Positions 38,096 to 53,599 of a stretch of DNA of 64,000 bases are shown piece by piece. The number at the start of each line of letters is the position of its first letter. Positions within the stretch are counted from its first letter, which is position 1. The notes under the pieces were generated by a model. The model did no database searches, was not told where the DNA came from, and worked only from the letters and a program-made list of their open reading frames with translations. Both the position numbers and the translations under genes were made by a program. Source of the DNA: Ptychomitrium polyphyllum (Eukaryota); the NCBI GenBank assembly GCA_973851085.1, contig OZ316776.1, positions 12,834,001 to 12,898,000 of the forward strand. The letters run 5' to 3'.

Positions 38096-39699
38096 TTACT
38101 CCGTGAGAGCCTCTTTCAATTCTCCATTGGCTTTCATTTCCAATACAATATCGCAGCCACCGAGGAGCTCGCCCTTGTAGTACAGCTGTGGGTACGTTGG
38201 CCAATTTGAGTACGTCTTAAGCCCCTGACGAACCTCTTCATCCTCCAAAATGTTGAAGCTGCCAAATTCAATTCCCTCTTCCTTCAATGCGTTCACAACT
38301 TTTGTGCTGAAGCCACAGCGAGGAGCATCCGGAGTTCCCTTCATGAACAGCATCGTAGTGGATTGGTTTACAACATTCTTCAGTCGACTCTCTAAACTCT
38401 CCTTTGGTAAGATTCCCTTCTCAGCAAAAACCTGCCAAACTCCAAATGTCAGAGGGGCTACTTATTGCCGCAATCAAAATCATCTAGTCAGGCCACATGG
38501 CTCAATTTCTAACCACTACAATACTGAACTTAAAGTTGGTTTAAACTTACAAGATTGTGCCTAAATCTTATCTTTTGGCTTCTAAAGAATCGCTGAACAA
38601 GGAAGAATTGAATGAAAATGATGAATGACGAATCCAAAATTCTGGTTACGTACTCAAAGCACAAGAGAAAATGGAACTACGGAGACCAGGTTTTAGTGAA
38701 ATCTTTAGTGACTAACCTCCTTGAGCTCGCCGTTCTCATTCATTTCCAGAATGATATCACATCCGCCCAGAAGCTCGCCATCGACATAAAGCTGAGGGAA
38801 GGTAGGCCAATTCGCGTATGTCTTCATACCCTGCCTCACCGTCTCGTCACTCAAGATGTCAAAACTGCCGAACTCTACGCCTTGGTCTTTCAAAACATTG
38901 ACCACCTTGCGGCTGAAACCACACCGGGGCTCCTCCGGCGCTCCTTTCATGAATAGCATAACTTTATCCGAATTCACGAGCTCGTGAAGCTTCCCTTTCT
39001 CAGCCTCGGCAAGGGTCGTACTCCCCACACCCTGACTTGGCATCGCAGGAGGAGCTGCTGCAGGCACCTCTTTCTTCACCCCGTTGGACACAGCAGAGGC
39101 ACCCTTTCCGTTAGAAGCAGTAGTTACTGCTGCTGTTGCCCACTTGGCCACCTTAATGGCCAGTTCAGAGGCGTTCGCACCCTGCATCTTGTCAACGACG
39201 ACCCCGTCCTAGGCAAGCGCAGCCCCCCTCTAAATCGTGAGAAACAACATGAAGGCTGTATGCACTATGCTTTCCATTTCAAAGCAGGAAATGGAAAATA
39301 TGAGAGAAACTTAGAGCAGTATTGTTCCACCGCACCTTGATCCAAATAAACAACGGCACTGCGGCAATCTCATACTCCTCCGAAATATCAGACTGCTCCT
39401 CGGCCTCGACCTGCTCAAACAGAAAGGTTTAGATTTCTTCACCAGCCGAACGTAAAACAGGGGTTTGAGCTAGTGTTGAGCCAACGCAAGCGTAGTCGCT
39501 AGAGATGCACAAGAGAATCACTCACACGGAAGAACTGAGCTTGAGGCGTGTCCGCGGCGAGCTGTGCGAACAAAGGCTCGATGGCCAGAGACGGCTCGCA
39601 CCACGAAGCCCAGAAATGCACCACCACCAAACTCCCCGACTTCTTCACAGCATTGTCCAAGTCCGCCTTGGTATTCGCATCCCTCACAACCCCAGCCAT
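38096..39699 (-). CDS. GRXS17: Monothiol glutaredoxin, GRXS17/PICOT type: thioredoxin-like domain plus two CGFS glutaredoxin domains (~358 aa); exons 39699-39526, 39410-39336, 39208-38717, 38431-38096
   Basis: [21 protein letters not shown], then two MLFMKG.P..PRCGFS...NWPT(F/Y)[13 protein letters not shown] domains. GT-AG introns; 1077 nt in frame. Confidence 0.93.
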
Positions 39700-40019
39700 C
39701 TCCGCCACTCCGACCCCTCCCAAACTTCACACTTACTCCTCGAAGTCCTGCAAACAAACAAAAACAAAATAAATCCACCGAAACATCATCCTCACTAAAC
39801 CCTCATAAACCCACCCCCAACCCGGCTCACAGCACTAAACCCTAAGTTCTCCCAAACTCCCAAAGTCACAACCATCACCGTCATCTGCACCCCTCCCACC
39901 ACAAACAAGAAACACAAAACCCAAACCCCAAAACGAAAAACTACAGTCTATCCAATTGTACCAAACTCGCCTCCAAGCAAACCCATAAACCCAAAGCCCA
40001 CCTCGTACAAATCCGCTCC

Positions 40020-40850
40020 TTTGCACCCACCGTCACGACGGGCAATCGGGCCACCGCAGGCCAGAAACGGCAAAACCTGGGAAGTGCGATGGGGATGGCC
40101 GATGCAAATGCCGAAAGGAACGTTTCCTCTTATGCAAGTTGCGGCCTTGACGCGAGGTGGGGGGCGCGTTCCCAGGCTCCAGGGTGTCGGCGAGCATCGT
40201 GTTCGTGGGTGTACCGACGAGGCGAAGGGAGGGCCCCATGGCGGGAGAGGAGGGGCGCAGGGCAGGGAGCTGCAGATGGGATGGGGGAGGCCAGGTGGGC
40301 GGCGGCGATTGCGCTGCGCGGGGGGCGTGTGGGGGGCTGCGGAGCGGCACGCGCCGTGTGCGAGTGCTGCACACTGCAGGGTGCGTTGCGTCCCGCCGTG
40401 GCTCGCTGCGAGTGTGTACTAGCAATGGCCGCGTGATGGTGGTGACGGAGTTCATCTCATCCCAGTGTCACGAGTCGCGAGCCACGAGCCTCGAGCCTCG
40501 AGCCTCGACGACGTTTGTCGGCCCCCTCAACGATATTTCTGTGCAGGGTGGAGGCTGTTTGCATCTCCAGCTCCCTCATGCCCTGGCCACGCCGGCAAGC
40601 CATTGCAACCAGCGAAGCCAAGCACAGCAGGGCAGGGGTTGCGCTCCAGTGCGGGAAAGTCCTCCTTATTGCAAGGAGCTCTGTCCTTATTGTGGTGGTT
40701 TTGTCGTTCAGCTTGTTGAGCTGACTGGGTGACGATTGCGATCTTTCCAGACTGCCATGCCAATTGATGTATCTTTTCGGTTGCTACGCATGATGTGTTG
40801 GGAAGCGTCCACGGGGGTGCCATTCTGGGTCATAGGGGCCCATTTCTTGC
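40020..40850. promoter_or_regulatory. Very GC- and CpG-rich island upstream of GRXS17 (promoter region)
   Basis: Dense CG dinucleotides and G runs directly 5' of the gene, ending abruptly at ~40850. Confidence 0.5.
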
Positions 40851-43623
40851 CCTACTCAGTTTTTAAGCTTTTATTTCCAACTTAGTTTCATACACACTTG
40901 TTTGTAGAAATGTGGCAATTTGATTACTCTAGATGTTGACCATTGATAAAAGCCAATATTCAATCCTGGAGTTTCTATTATTTAGTTGTAATTATATACA
41001 TACACTTCTTATCACCCTTCATCATGTTGTTGTATTCGATTTCCTTTCTTTGCAACCCATGTTGTTTATATTCGTGTTATTTATAATCAAATATTTCAAG
41101 GTATAAAATTTAATTCTATTTTTAAGATTGAAGATATTTATTCTTGAAAATCATCATGGCAAGTCATGTTCACAAGGAATACTCCAAAACAATGATGTTG
41201 TATTTTTTGATCTTTTAAAGAATTATGTTAATATCAAAAGTCAATATTTATGTGCTTGGAAATATTTGCAAGTTGATTATAAATTTCAAAATTTTTAAAA
41301 TACACACTTTAGGACCCTCTATGGATTCAAATAAAATCAAAAGATTTATTCAATAAACTTATGCATGTAAACATGCAATCAAACTTGTTGGAAATTAAGC
41401 AAGCATGCCAAATATAAGATTTTTAAGGTGGATAATAAGTAAATGATTTGCACCATTATTTGAAAAGCTAAAAACACTAAACTTTAAAATTCATTGCAAC
41501 ATTGTCATTAAACTATCATCCATTATCTTGAAGCATGATAAATAAAATTTGAACTTTTTTCATACAAATCAAGAAATTGAAAGTATGCCAAGCACAATTA
41601 AAATATGACATTGATGCTTTGTATTTTTTTTTGACAAATATATTTTACAATTAATCCTACTTGGTTTTGTATAAAAAACTTCTATTAGCTAAGTTAATAA
41701 TCATAACGCTTCAATCTTCAAAATCAACCACAATGGTAAAAATTACATTGCCTTTTTCATTAGAGGGCAATTATTTTTTTCTCAAGTTTCAACATAAATT
41801 AAGTATATAAGATGTCATATGTTATTCCAGTCATGTGCCTAACTTATAAGTTTTTTTCATTATGCCCCTTATTTTAATACACATAGTTTCCTTTTTATAT
41901 ACGTTGGTATAACATTTGTATAAGTATATTAATCAATTAATGAAGTACATTACCATCCTGCTTGTCATACACAATTAATCAACTCATACACTTGTACCAT
42001 GCATGATCACCACAATGCATGATCACCACATTTTACTTGTATTTAAATTAGCTAAGATGTAAGTCTAAAACATATGAAATTTCTCAACTTGCAGAGTCCA
42101 ACCAATTTAATTAGATGATTAAAAAGCTCAGATTTTTTTGGTGGACAATCTAAAACTCCTGTTCACTTGGGTGACAAATTTGCATATTTCAGCACATACG
42201 CATCATGATTTAAATTAATTTTATAGTTACATACCCTTAGAATACCTCCATCCTTGCATACCCTTTTGAAACTCCAACTAGGTTATGCACATCTCTGTTT
42301 GAATTTTATAGCAATCACATGTGTTTTTGACTCAATTTTTATGAAAATTATATTTATCATTTTAAAAATTATATATGCTCAAACCCTGTATGTTCAAACC
42401 TTATATTTTTCTGTGAATTATTTCATTAGATTTCATCACATGGGATTATCAAATAAAAGTTTTATAAATGATGTTAGGTTTTGCAGTAGCCTATCGGTCA
42501 TAACAAACAAGTGGCACTTGTAAAGCCAATGAATATTATTATTCATAAAAACAAACTAAAGTGTACTCTTAAGAATACTTTCATATGAAATGATAAAAAT
42601 TTTAAAAATTCCTACATGTCACCTTGTCATTAGCTTGGATCTTAAAAAAATGATTTATTATTAAAATTAATTGTTATTTTGGTTCTGTTACGCTGGAGCA
42701 ACCTTTTAGGTATGCATCATGTCAACTGAATTTTTTTCTTAAATAGGTCATCAAATCTAGGTTCTTTGAATATATTTAATTTTGAAAAAACGTCCTTCTC
42801 TTCATGATTCTTGCTGTGTGGGTGTGGTCAGTTGATTTATCAACCATCATCATGCACTATTCATGTGGCTGTAAATTTCTAAGAAGCAATGGATTCAGTT
42901 CTTGCAATACTGAAAAATGTTTATTTAAGTTTAATAAATAAATAAAATATTGATTTAAAAATCCTTCCTCTTGTTCATGGAAAAATCAAGTAATTAAAAA
43001 AAGCCCTTAACCTTGTAATGTATAATGTGTAACAGTATTGAAAGATGGTAGGTTTGCATCTTTGATGGTCAAGGAAAAGAAAGTTATATAAAGTGTTGTT
43101 GCTTGTAACATGTCAATAAATATGGCAAGAAATGTAGACCATTTCAAAAAGACATTGGAGATTTAAAAAGGATCATGTACCATATTGTCTTTAGGATGGA
43201 ATGGTTATACAAATACAATATTGTTCTCAAAAACCTTAAAGCATTTAATTTACTAACGAATAAAAATAAAGTTCATGGAAAATTGTGCGATTATATTACA
43301 CACTAAATTCTAAATTGGAATTATAAAATTAGATTTTGGAAGATATTAAAGATATTGTAGGAATGTATAAGAAACAACGTTGATGTGATGTGGATTATTT
43401 AGAAATTAAATCATAAGCACTAATGATTTCTTTTGTTATTTTATATGTACAATATGATTGATGTAAATGTGGTGTTATTTTGTTTCTATTTTATTTGTAT
43501 TGGTGGAAAAGATTTTAATAAATGAATTCAGTGAGGTAGAAAATAATAAACAACCAATTAAATAATACAAGTATGACTTTTCAAAAAGACCAAATAGAAG
43601 TAACCTTTCATTGAACCACATGG

Positions 43624-43968
43624 TGTCATGGACATAGATCATGCAACATAGTCTTTAATACATTCTAGAACCTTCTGATATACTATAATAGCTTCTTAGA
43701 ATACTTTTAAATGTCTCCATAGCCTTTCCATGTTCTTAGGAAGCTTCTTTAGAAGTATCATAGGAGATACAAACGTCATAGTATAAATAGGAGGCAAGAC
43801 AAGGTGTTCCTTAGTCTTGCCAACACAAGTTGTGGATCATCTTGAATCCTGCCTTATTCTAGTATTTGTATCAAGTTCTTGTTAATTATTAGCTCTTTGG
43901 AAGCTAATTTTTGGAAAACACTTTGTTTCTGCTTCTTGTTTCTTGTGATCCTAACATATGGTAGTAGC
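43624..43968 (+). mobile_element. Decayed Copia-like LTR with degenerate tRNA-iMet primer-binding site
   Basis: TG start (~43624), TTCTAGAACCTTCT motif, TATAAATAGG (43782-43791), end CCTAACA (43956) followed by TATGGTAGTAGC, resembling TGGTATCAGAGC. Confidence 0.45.
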
Positions 43969-45149
43969 TTTTCATTGGCATGGTGATGGCTTTTAAGCGG
44001 CAAATAGTGGTGGCTACTCATAAGACTGTATGTAGGATTTTATTAAAGAATTTAATTTTGACCCATCAATGGCTCTATAATCTCTTTAAATTGAAATATA
44101 TTGATATTATGACTGCTTACTAATCAACAACATTTAGAATTAGATTAGCCATAGCAATTTAAATTAGTTTTAAGCAACAGATTTAAACCTTAAGTTTAAT
44201 GTATATAAAAAGAAGTTGTCATTTGAAATGACATGCAAGTTTTTTGGTATTAACACTAATTGATAGTTTTTGTCAATTTTTGTATATTTTTTTTACTAAG
44301 ACAATTTTATATCATCTTCAAGATATTTCTTATAACTATTGGTTGTTCCATTTTGAATTATATTTTATACTAGCTACAAGGGAATTTGTTAAAAGCTATC
44401 TTGAATTTTTGTAAATAAGAAATTTCATTAATATTTGTTGTATATATTGTATACACGTATATATCTGTTGTATAGTTGATTATTGGATAAACCATGACCA
44501 ATTGACAAGGTAATACTTAAAGGAATACTTCTCTCTTTAAAAGGCTTTCTACTGGTTGGAAGGTTAAAAAAGATTTAAGATTCAAAGAAAAAAATTAGGT
44601 TGTTGATACATTTGACTTGATATTAGAGTTGGAGGTTATAATATGGTATTTATTTTGGTGAGCATTTGAAGTGAATTTGGAAGCGTAGGGTTTTTTCTTA
44701 AAGATTTGATGATTTGAAGTATTCTTAGAAGGTGTTGAAATGCAAGCATAAGTTTATAATATTTTCCTTGAACATTAAATTGGCAACATAATTGAATAAT
44801 GTTTTAAATACAAAACTAGGAAATTATACCTTTAGAAATGTTTATAATAAATTCATAATTTTTAAAAAACTTGATGCTTATTAGAACAAAAACATTGAAG
44901 TTTTGAAGTAAAAAAGATATAATATGTTACAATAGAAGTATTTGGTCAAAATAGTCTTAAGAATAAAAATATATATATATATAAATAAGAGAAAAGGAGC
45001 TTAATTTAATATAAACACAAGCCTTAAATTAATTAAACAAGTACATATATACCTTGATAACAAATCATTGAGACTGTAATTGTTTGCATACCATCAAATG
45101 TCTCTATTTAAATAATGATATGTTACAAGATGTTGTTAAGGAAAATTTC

Positions 45150-45500
45150 TTTTATTGGACATCTTTGAGGAATTATTACCCTAACATTAATAAAAGTAGA
45201 TTAAAGGTGCACAAGCATGTTGATAATTGGGCACATAGTCTTTGGAATTGAAATAGTTTTAAAGGGTGAAAATACTTTTATAAATATTTTCCTTTGGATC
45301 TATTATTGTTGGCCTTGTGATCAAGTACACAATCCTCAATCAATTAGAAATACAAATATCTAAATTGAATATTTTTGAAGAAATTTATTGAGCTATTAAT
45401 ACTAAGTTGCCTTAGTTTAAAAGGAATTATCAACCTAAGGTATCAAATGTAGCTAATTTTTCAACAAATGGCAATCTAATTCCACATATAGACCTTTATT
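45150..45500 (+). mobile_element. Possible LINE reverse-transcriptase C-terminal relic
   Basis: Broken frames give 'VHKHVDNWAHS' and 'LKGIINLRYQM', loosely like the L1 'GGLGII.P..Q..A' region. Confidence 0.25.
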
Positions 45501-48500
45501 TGGAAATATAATAAATTCACTTAAAGATAATTTAACAAGAATTACAAAATTTAATGACCATTCAAGTTTCTAAACCATGGAAAGAATACAAATAAAATAA
45601 AAGACAAGGACAATTTTAAGAATATGTTGTCGATGAGGCTTTGCATTACTTAAGCCTAAGTTAAATATTATAGTATTTGCTTTTAAATATCCAAAAGGCC
45701 AAAATTAGTTAACAATTTTTTTTGATTTTATTATATTTATATCCACCTTTTTGTGAAGGCCAATATCATTATGATTAGTAACTTATTCAAAAGTCATTCC
45801 TTTTATATCCAAGCTTCAAATATTATTAAATCTTTGCACTTCCATTGATAAATTTTAGATAACGTTTAATTTTGCTTCTTAATTAATGGACATTTATAAA
45901 ATAAGTTTATTAAATAGCGAATTATTTTAAATAAAATTTGATATTGTATGCTTCATGTAGTCAATTTTTTTTAATATAGGTTTTAATTTTTGAAATTAAT
46001 TACATTTAAAACTTGAAAAAGTATTTTTGATAGAATTGTATTTGATGTGTTGAATTTTATGTTTTAATTGAATAAATGCAAAGGTATCATGATTTACAAA
46101 AAATAAAAATAAAAATCAAGTTAAAAATAGCAATTCAATTTCAAGGACTTTGAATTAGTTGATTTAAAAGAATCATACAATATTTTGTTCTTAAATTTAT
46201 AAAATGAACTTCCATATAGGATTTTAAGTGGAAAATGTCTTTAGCACTTTGCTTCAATTGTGAGGTACAATAGACATGATGTTGCTATGGACCAATCAAC
46301 AATTTAAAATTCTTTATTAATATGATCAATATTGAAAGTGTGCAATGCCTTTTCAAAATCTTTATTGTATAGAAAATTATTGCTGTGAAAATATTTGACC
46401 TATCTGCAAATTATACTAAAATGATTAAATAATTAGAATTCAGAAGCCAATTTCAAGCCATCCCAAATTAAAAGACTAAAAAAATGAAGATAAGTGGGTT
46501 TTGGATTATAATTTCTAATCAATAAGTATCATTATTATTATTCTTTTGAAGGTCAGACTCTAGTTATTCAAGAATAATCAAAATGACCAATCCAATAGGA
46601 AATTTTGCAGCTGCCACCATTAAAATAAATAAAGAAAATAATTAATCCATCATAACATCCAAATAAATCCAAGTAGGAGGCAATAATAGACCAGCAAAGC
46701 CATTTATGCACTTATTTGTGATGAAATACATATGAAATTATAATTTTGATAGATAGTAATAGTCCATAATAAGAAATAGAGCTCTTGATTTATTTGTAGG
46801 AATTGATTCTGAATGAAGAGATGGGGATTTTTGTGCATGGAATTGCTATTTGAAAATACAAATATATATCACACATACATTCATTGCTTCAAAACATAAG
46901 ATTCTTTATAAACAAAGATAAGAAGATAACAAAATTGTTAATTAAGTAGAATGCCACCATCTTATGTTTCTAAAGTATGTTCTTCTTTTAAACAATAACC
47001 CCTACAATTTATGACTCAAGCATTAAAGTTTTGAGCATGGAGAATAAACTAAGATTTAACTTAAGATAGCTCAAATAATCATAGAAAAGTCTAAAGTTTA
47101 AGACTTCCACATAATCTTTTATCTTAATTTTTTGCACTAATAAAGGTCACCTAAGATGAGCTATCCTACAAAGGCTCCTCATTGATCCATCAAAACACAT
47201 TCTAAAGTACATATTTCCTCCTTTCATGAGTTTCAAGGTGTGGGAAAAAGCCACGGCCAGTACCCTGTAACAGTGACTCTAATTTTTCCCAAAAAGTTTG
47301 AAATTGAAAATTTCGAGATTGTGTGTACTTTCTGTATTATTTTTTATTTACGCAAGCAATGGGTAAGCTTTACCAGTACAAGGGGTTAAGATCAGAGATT
47401 GTCACTGTGTTGTGGAGTCACACCAGGCTTATCTCTAGGCCTGGCATGAATTTCTAGGTCCTTACAATGATTGAGGGTTTCATGTATAATTTAATTTATA
47501 AATGACTGTGATGTGCTTGGGCCATTTGGGTGACACGCGCTTCATTTCTGAATTAGATTAGTGATTGGGCTCTGGCAAGCACTGACCACCAAATGCACAC
47601 CCTGTGCACATGAAATAATTATAAGTTGACAGACGTCCAGTTTAAGTTATTATGCACCCTCTTCTGACGTGTTTATTTCTGGCATAGTAGGTGCGGACAA
47701 GTTGAATACTAAACTTTTTCCACTCCAGAGCTCTCTAATATGTCTATCTGCTGAATATGAATTATGAACATCTCTTCTGACTTTACAAGCGCTTCATGTG
47801 AAAAATGAAGCAGTTAGTACAGTAATTGAAGAGTTTGCATTCCCTAAAATTCATTCAAGATTCTTTAGCCAACTTCCATTAAAAACATTGAACTGATATA
47901 CTGGAAAATTGAGTATGTAGGAATCTCTGATGTGTTTAACATATTGCAGCGCATTGGCAGTTGCAGACTCATCATTTGTATGAAAGACTGGCATTTCAGA
48001 AGCTCTCCAAGGTGTACTGGAAACCATTCACGTATAGATAGCCATCCCTCATTAGTACACTCCAAGATGATAATGTTACAAGTCCAGGGGTGTACTAGAA
48101 AGGGGCGTTTTTCAAGAAGGGATGGATTCCCAAACACATATTTTGTAAGAAGATTATATTCTTCTTTTGTTGTTTAGTTTTTTAATGTTGACATTATGCT
48201 GAAAAGCAGTTCCCATAATTATAGCTTCTTATCACTTTGAGAACTTGAGTTCTAGTCCAAAAACAATAGTTGTACCTTGGTAGAAAGATGGAATTATAAG
48301 AAATGACGTGTTTTCTACCAAAAATTGAAGCTCAAAGTTTAGAACTAAGTTCAGAAAGAAGGATCATGGTCCAAAAGTAAAATATATAAAGAATGAAGTT
48401 CTTAAGATGAACCAATTGGATTTCCAAATTACACATGTTTTGGCAATTTAGTTTTTTTTGAATATGACATTTTAAGATTTCATAATTTTTATATTTAAGG

Positions 48501-51500
48501 TTTGTTTTCAAGCTTTAGGATTTGCAACTAATTTTGGGTTATAAAAAATAAGGCAAAACAATCCACAACCACCACAATAAGGAACACTTATTTTCAAGAA
48601 CATTGTACAAATTTTCAACATTATTTAGTTGATTTCTAAAAAAGGTTTAAAGCCAATGCAACCTTTAAGTATATTTTTCATTGTTACAATACAAATCAAC
48701 TAAGAGTTTTTCAAAAGGATATTTTGGTAGAATTTGCAAACACCACAAATAAATCAATCCATAAATCACCTACGCAACAACAAATAACCACCACAATATA
48801 TAATGAATGTACAATCATCTAAATCCGAGATAATGTTTATTATGTTTTTTCATAAAGTTTGTATTTACTTCCTTCCTTTTGCATTAGCACCAATTCAAAT
48901 TTCCATTTGCATCCATTAATATTCAATTATCACCATTATTGCTATCAAATAAGCCTAAGTCATCATTAACAAAAAAATCCAGTAATTAGTAATGATGCAT
49001 GTAGTGGTTTTTAGTTTTTTAATAAATAATGGCTATGGATTTCTTCTAGCAACAAGATTGTTCTTCCTTCAATTTCCTTCATTCTTAATGATGCATACTT
49101 ACAATACAATCTTAAGAATAAAAATGTTGCATCAATCTAAAATGTTATGAAAATAAAGCAAGCAATTTAGTACAAGGAAATTGATTTGGCCAGCTTTTTC
49201 TTTTTAAAATTTGGTCCATTTTCTACCAAGATTAAGCCATGCAAGAACATGTTAATATTTATAAATGACTATATCAAATTGAACTCCAAAGTATTATCAG
49301 CCAAATTTTTTAATCATTTTTTTAATTTCAAAAAATGACCAAATTGGTCAATTTGACATTTAAAACTTAATCTTGATAATTTCTTCAAAGCATATGCATA
49401 GGCATATTTTTACACACCTAAATATTTATATGATTGAGTTTTATAAATAAATTATTTTTTGCATTATTTTTTTATTCTTCTAGCTTCTTCAATTTATAAA
49501 AAAATTGTATTGGTCATTAATAATGAATCAACCACTATAGGGTCAATGCAAAAAAACTTCAATTAAAAAAACATTGATGCTTGATTAATAGGAGGGATTT
49601 TCTATTCAAGATTTGGTTTGTAGAAGAAAAATTGAAAGTCATAAAATATACTTGAGTTTGAAATATAAATTTTCCTAATTTTGTATTAGCATTGGTGCTA
49701 AAACTTTACATGCAAGTAATTAGTATGATTGTTTTGGTTAAGGAAGTTAGAATGAAGAATATGAAAGTAGAACATGCCTAATATTTTTGATAGGAGAGGT
49801 AATTGTTAATAGAATTATACTATCTATTTAATAATTACTATACTTTGTTGTATCTATCTATTATAAATATGTCTTTTAAATCAATATGATCATTTACAAA
49901 ATATACAAATATTTATATAAATAAAATATTTAATTTAAATCTTCTATATCAATAATTTCCATTATTTTTTATTCTTGTTATAATTGTAGAAATTTTATAA
50001 TAATTTGGAATTTGAACATATTCAAAGAATAATAATTAAGAATTCTTACAGTAATTATGGTTGTATAGGTATAGTATAGCCTACAACATTATTTTAGCAT
50101 TGATGTTAGTGTGATTCAAAAATGACAATATATTTTCAAGATTTTTTTTTTGCAATATTGAGAATAAACTATTATTATTTTAAAAATATTACAATATTAT
50201 TTAAAAATATAATCATGTTAATTTGGCAAGTTTTTGCTTTACTTAATGTAAAGTATGGTGTAATATCTCATATCAAAATTGAATCTCATAGAAATGGCTC
50301 TTATTGGTGTAATTAATTAAAATCTTTTGTACCTATCTACTTTCTTTCTTTTGTTTTTAGTAGGTTGGTAAAGGATCTATCTCCAAGGAGTAAGTATGTA
50401 TGCACTCATACTCTATAATTTACAAACATAAGTCTAAGGTGTATTGGCAAATGACACTTCATTTATGACTACCCTTTGGGGTTGTTGTTCTTTCTGTAAT
50501 CTGTTCTCCTAGAGTTGCCATTTATGCATATGAAGCTTGATTTCTCATAATCCGTATTTAAATTCTGCATGATTGAGGCCAATTTGACCCCACCGAACTT
50601 TGTAAGTGTGTGGTAAAATTCTGTGTGATTGACGTTAAGGACTGGAAGATGTTGTTGGAAAGCTGAGGTGATGAACCTCAAGAGAACTCAGTATTTTATA
50701 TCTATAAACAGTTGCTCCAAAGTTTATTTGACGTCGAAGTAGATCCTTCCCAAAATGCCCTCAAACGGAGGTCAGTATACAGTTCACATATACGTTGACA
50801 AATTGAATCCTTAGTGGAATCTACACAGTATCTAAAATCAACAAAGTCAACGGCCTGACTTCCAGTCTATTTAGTGAAAGAGTGATTTTAGAATCTTATT
50901 TGTGCACTAATGTTCCCCCTCTCAAGTATGACACATTTGGTGCCCTGAAAATTTCATATAATTTGCAATATGTAGTATCTACAATTTAAAATCATCTTGT
51001 ATTGAAATTTTCAAAAAAAATCATATAACTTTGAAAGTACTTTGTTAATGCAAAAACAGCGTGCATTAAACACTGTAGGAAAAAAAAATGTTGAATTGTC
51101 TACTTTTATATACAAAAACTAAAACAATTTTTTTATTCAACTTAACCATATATTGTTGCATCATCATACTTAAATAGTCTGATTCACTTAAATTTATCAG
51201 TATTACTTGAAACTAAAACAAGATTGCACTGATTTTTCATAGATATATTTTGAAAAATATTTTTAGTTTAACTAGCATACATTAGTTGTGAACATATTAT
51301 GAAAAGGAGTTAAGATGTTTATTAAAAAAAAAATCACAACATACGCTAAGGATATTTGGTTAAATAATGAAACATTCAATTTATTTAATGTTCTTCAATA
51401 AAACACTAATAATATGCATGTATTTTTCATTTAAAAAAAATTGAACAACTTAAGTTTTTGTAACATTTATAATAGAGAAATTTCATGCAATAGGAATTAT

Positions 51501-53599
51501 ATAATTGCAAGTTTTGAAGTTTTCTATGTTCATCCATAATGTTTATCATTATGTATTATATTTTCCATTTGTTCATTATTTATTCATTCTTCAAATGCAC
51601 ATGGGATATACCACAATGAATAGCAATTCCCTCTTAATATGAAAATTTAGCCTTCAAAAATGTTATAATAGGCATGTTACATTAGGCTCATGGAAGAAAT
51701 TTTGATTTGGATTTGCAAATTTTTTCATCATGTCATTGAATTTGTTTCATGTTAAATGTTGTATTCTTAAGACTAATTTGTATAAGATAAAGAATAAATG
51801 TACAATTTATTTTATAAAGTAATTTCTTTGGACCTTATAGGTTTCAAACGATTAATGGTAGAAATTTGGTTTTATCTAAAACCTCATCAAATAATCACCA
51901 TTTTATAATCATAGTAACCATTCAAAAGAAATTTCATAAAATTTTGGGACATTTATTTAGATCAAAAAAAAATTATTTAAGAAATTTAGAACCTTTTATT
52001 TTATAAATTTATATTTAAAAAACTATTTGAACCTTTTAGAAAATTATCTAATCACTTTAAAATGCTCTTATATTCTATTAAGAGGTTTTTCAAGATGCTA
52101 AAGGTACAATTTTTACACAATACTTCAAGGTAGCAAAATATACTTTGACATTGTAACCAAAATGATGACATGTATGACACATGTGATCAAATCCTTGTAA
52201 CATCCATAATTGCAATTAAAACATTGCCTTGTACAACGAGAATGAAGAATGGATGTGTTCTTTCTAAAAGACAAAGTCATTAGTACATTATTACAACTAA
52301 GACCAATTACCCTCCTGCATTATGAACTTTCATTGTTAGGCATACATGATACATCATGTGTAAGAGAAATTTAATCCTTGCTATTAATTTGACCTTATTT
52401 ATATATGTTCTATGTAGTTTTGTGGCATGTTCAACATTCCTTCTTAAAAGCATCTTCCATACAAAAAATAAATAGAATGAGAATGTATTGATTGATTATT
52501 TTCACCATTTGTCATATATTCAAGGTTGGTGTTCAAAGTAGCATTAAAAATGCTCTTAATGTTATTTTATGTACTAGCATTCAATACAAATTGGAATAAA
52601 ATCAAGGTTGTCTTAGATTTTGATACATGTTTATTAGTTATTACTATTTAATTTTTTATAGGAACCAATCATACATATATATTACAAATCATAATTGTTT
52701 AAAAATCAATTTGTAAAAGGAATATTGTACTAATAGAAAAGTTGGATATTTCCAAATGTTTCTTCATTTTGCCTTATCTTTTGTCACCTTTTAGCATCTC
52801 TTTTGTTTTGTATTAATGCATTTTGATAGAAGGCAAGGGATTTATAGAGGTGTATGAAGGATAATGGTAGAGCCTTATTGTAAATTACCACATAACGTCT
52901 TATGAACCAACTTTTACTTAATTTTTACTTCAAGAAGAATTTTGCCAAGAGTTTCTCAAGTCATCTACTTAAAGCTCAATTGAATACGTATAAAATACAT
53001 TATTTTGATTTTTTGACCCTTTACTTTCAAACCCTGTTTGCAGTAACTGTAATGTTACTATCATTGTATTTGCATGGAACCAGGAAAGCAAAGAATCTGA
53101 TTGTTTACTCTCTTTGTTCATATAATATTACTCTCTTACTATGATCTTATCCTACACAAACAAGTTTTTTTCATTGCATGTATGTGTAAAGGGATTCAAT
53201 GCGGTTAAATTAAAAATGCAATTGCCATGAAACTCAAACAAAGTTCAAGAAATTTCATTGGAAATAAAATTTTTGTAGATATTAATATGATAAATTTCAT
53301 CTTCAAATTGAGCATTTCTAAAGGCTTCTTTAATGGTGTCTTGAAAAAAAAAAAAAAAAACAAACCAAACTAAATTAATGATAAAACATTCATGGTGATT
53401 AAAATGGGTCTTTATTAAAGTTTTTTCAAATACAAACAAAATATCAGTGCAAACAACTAAAATTTCTTACTTTGAAAGGATGAAATTTATAGCATTTTAG
53501 AATAATAGAGACAACTATCATTTATAAAAGGATATTTAATTGTATTTTTAATTGATTATTCTATTTAAACCAAGAGCAAATATTACACCTATTGCAAGA

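Noticed and set aside
40021..40823. Many overlapping 70-190-aa ORFs on both strands
   Set aside because: Expected from stop-codon scarcity in very GC-rich promoter DNA; low-complexity products.
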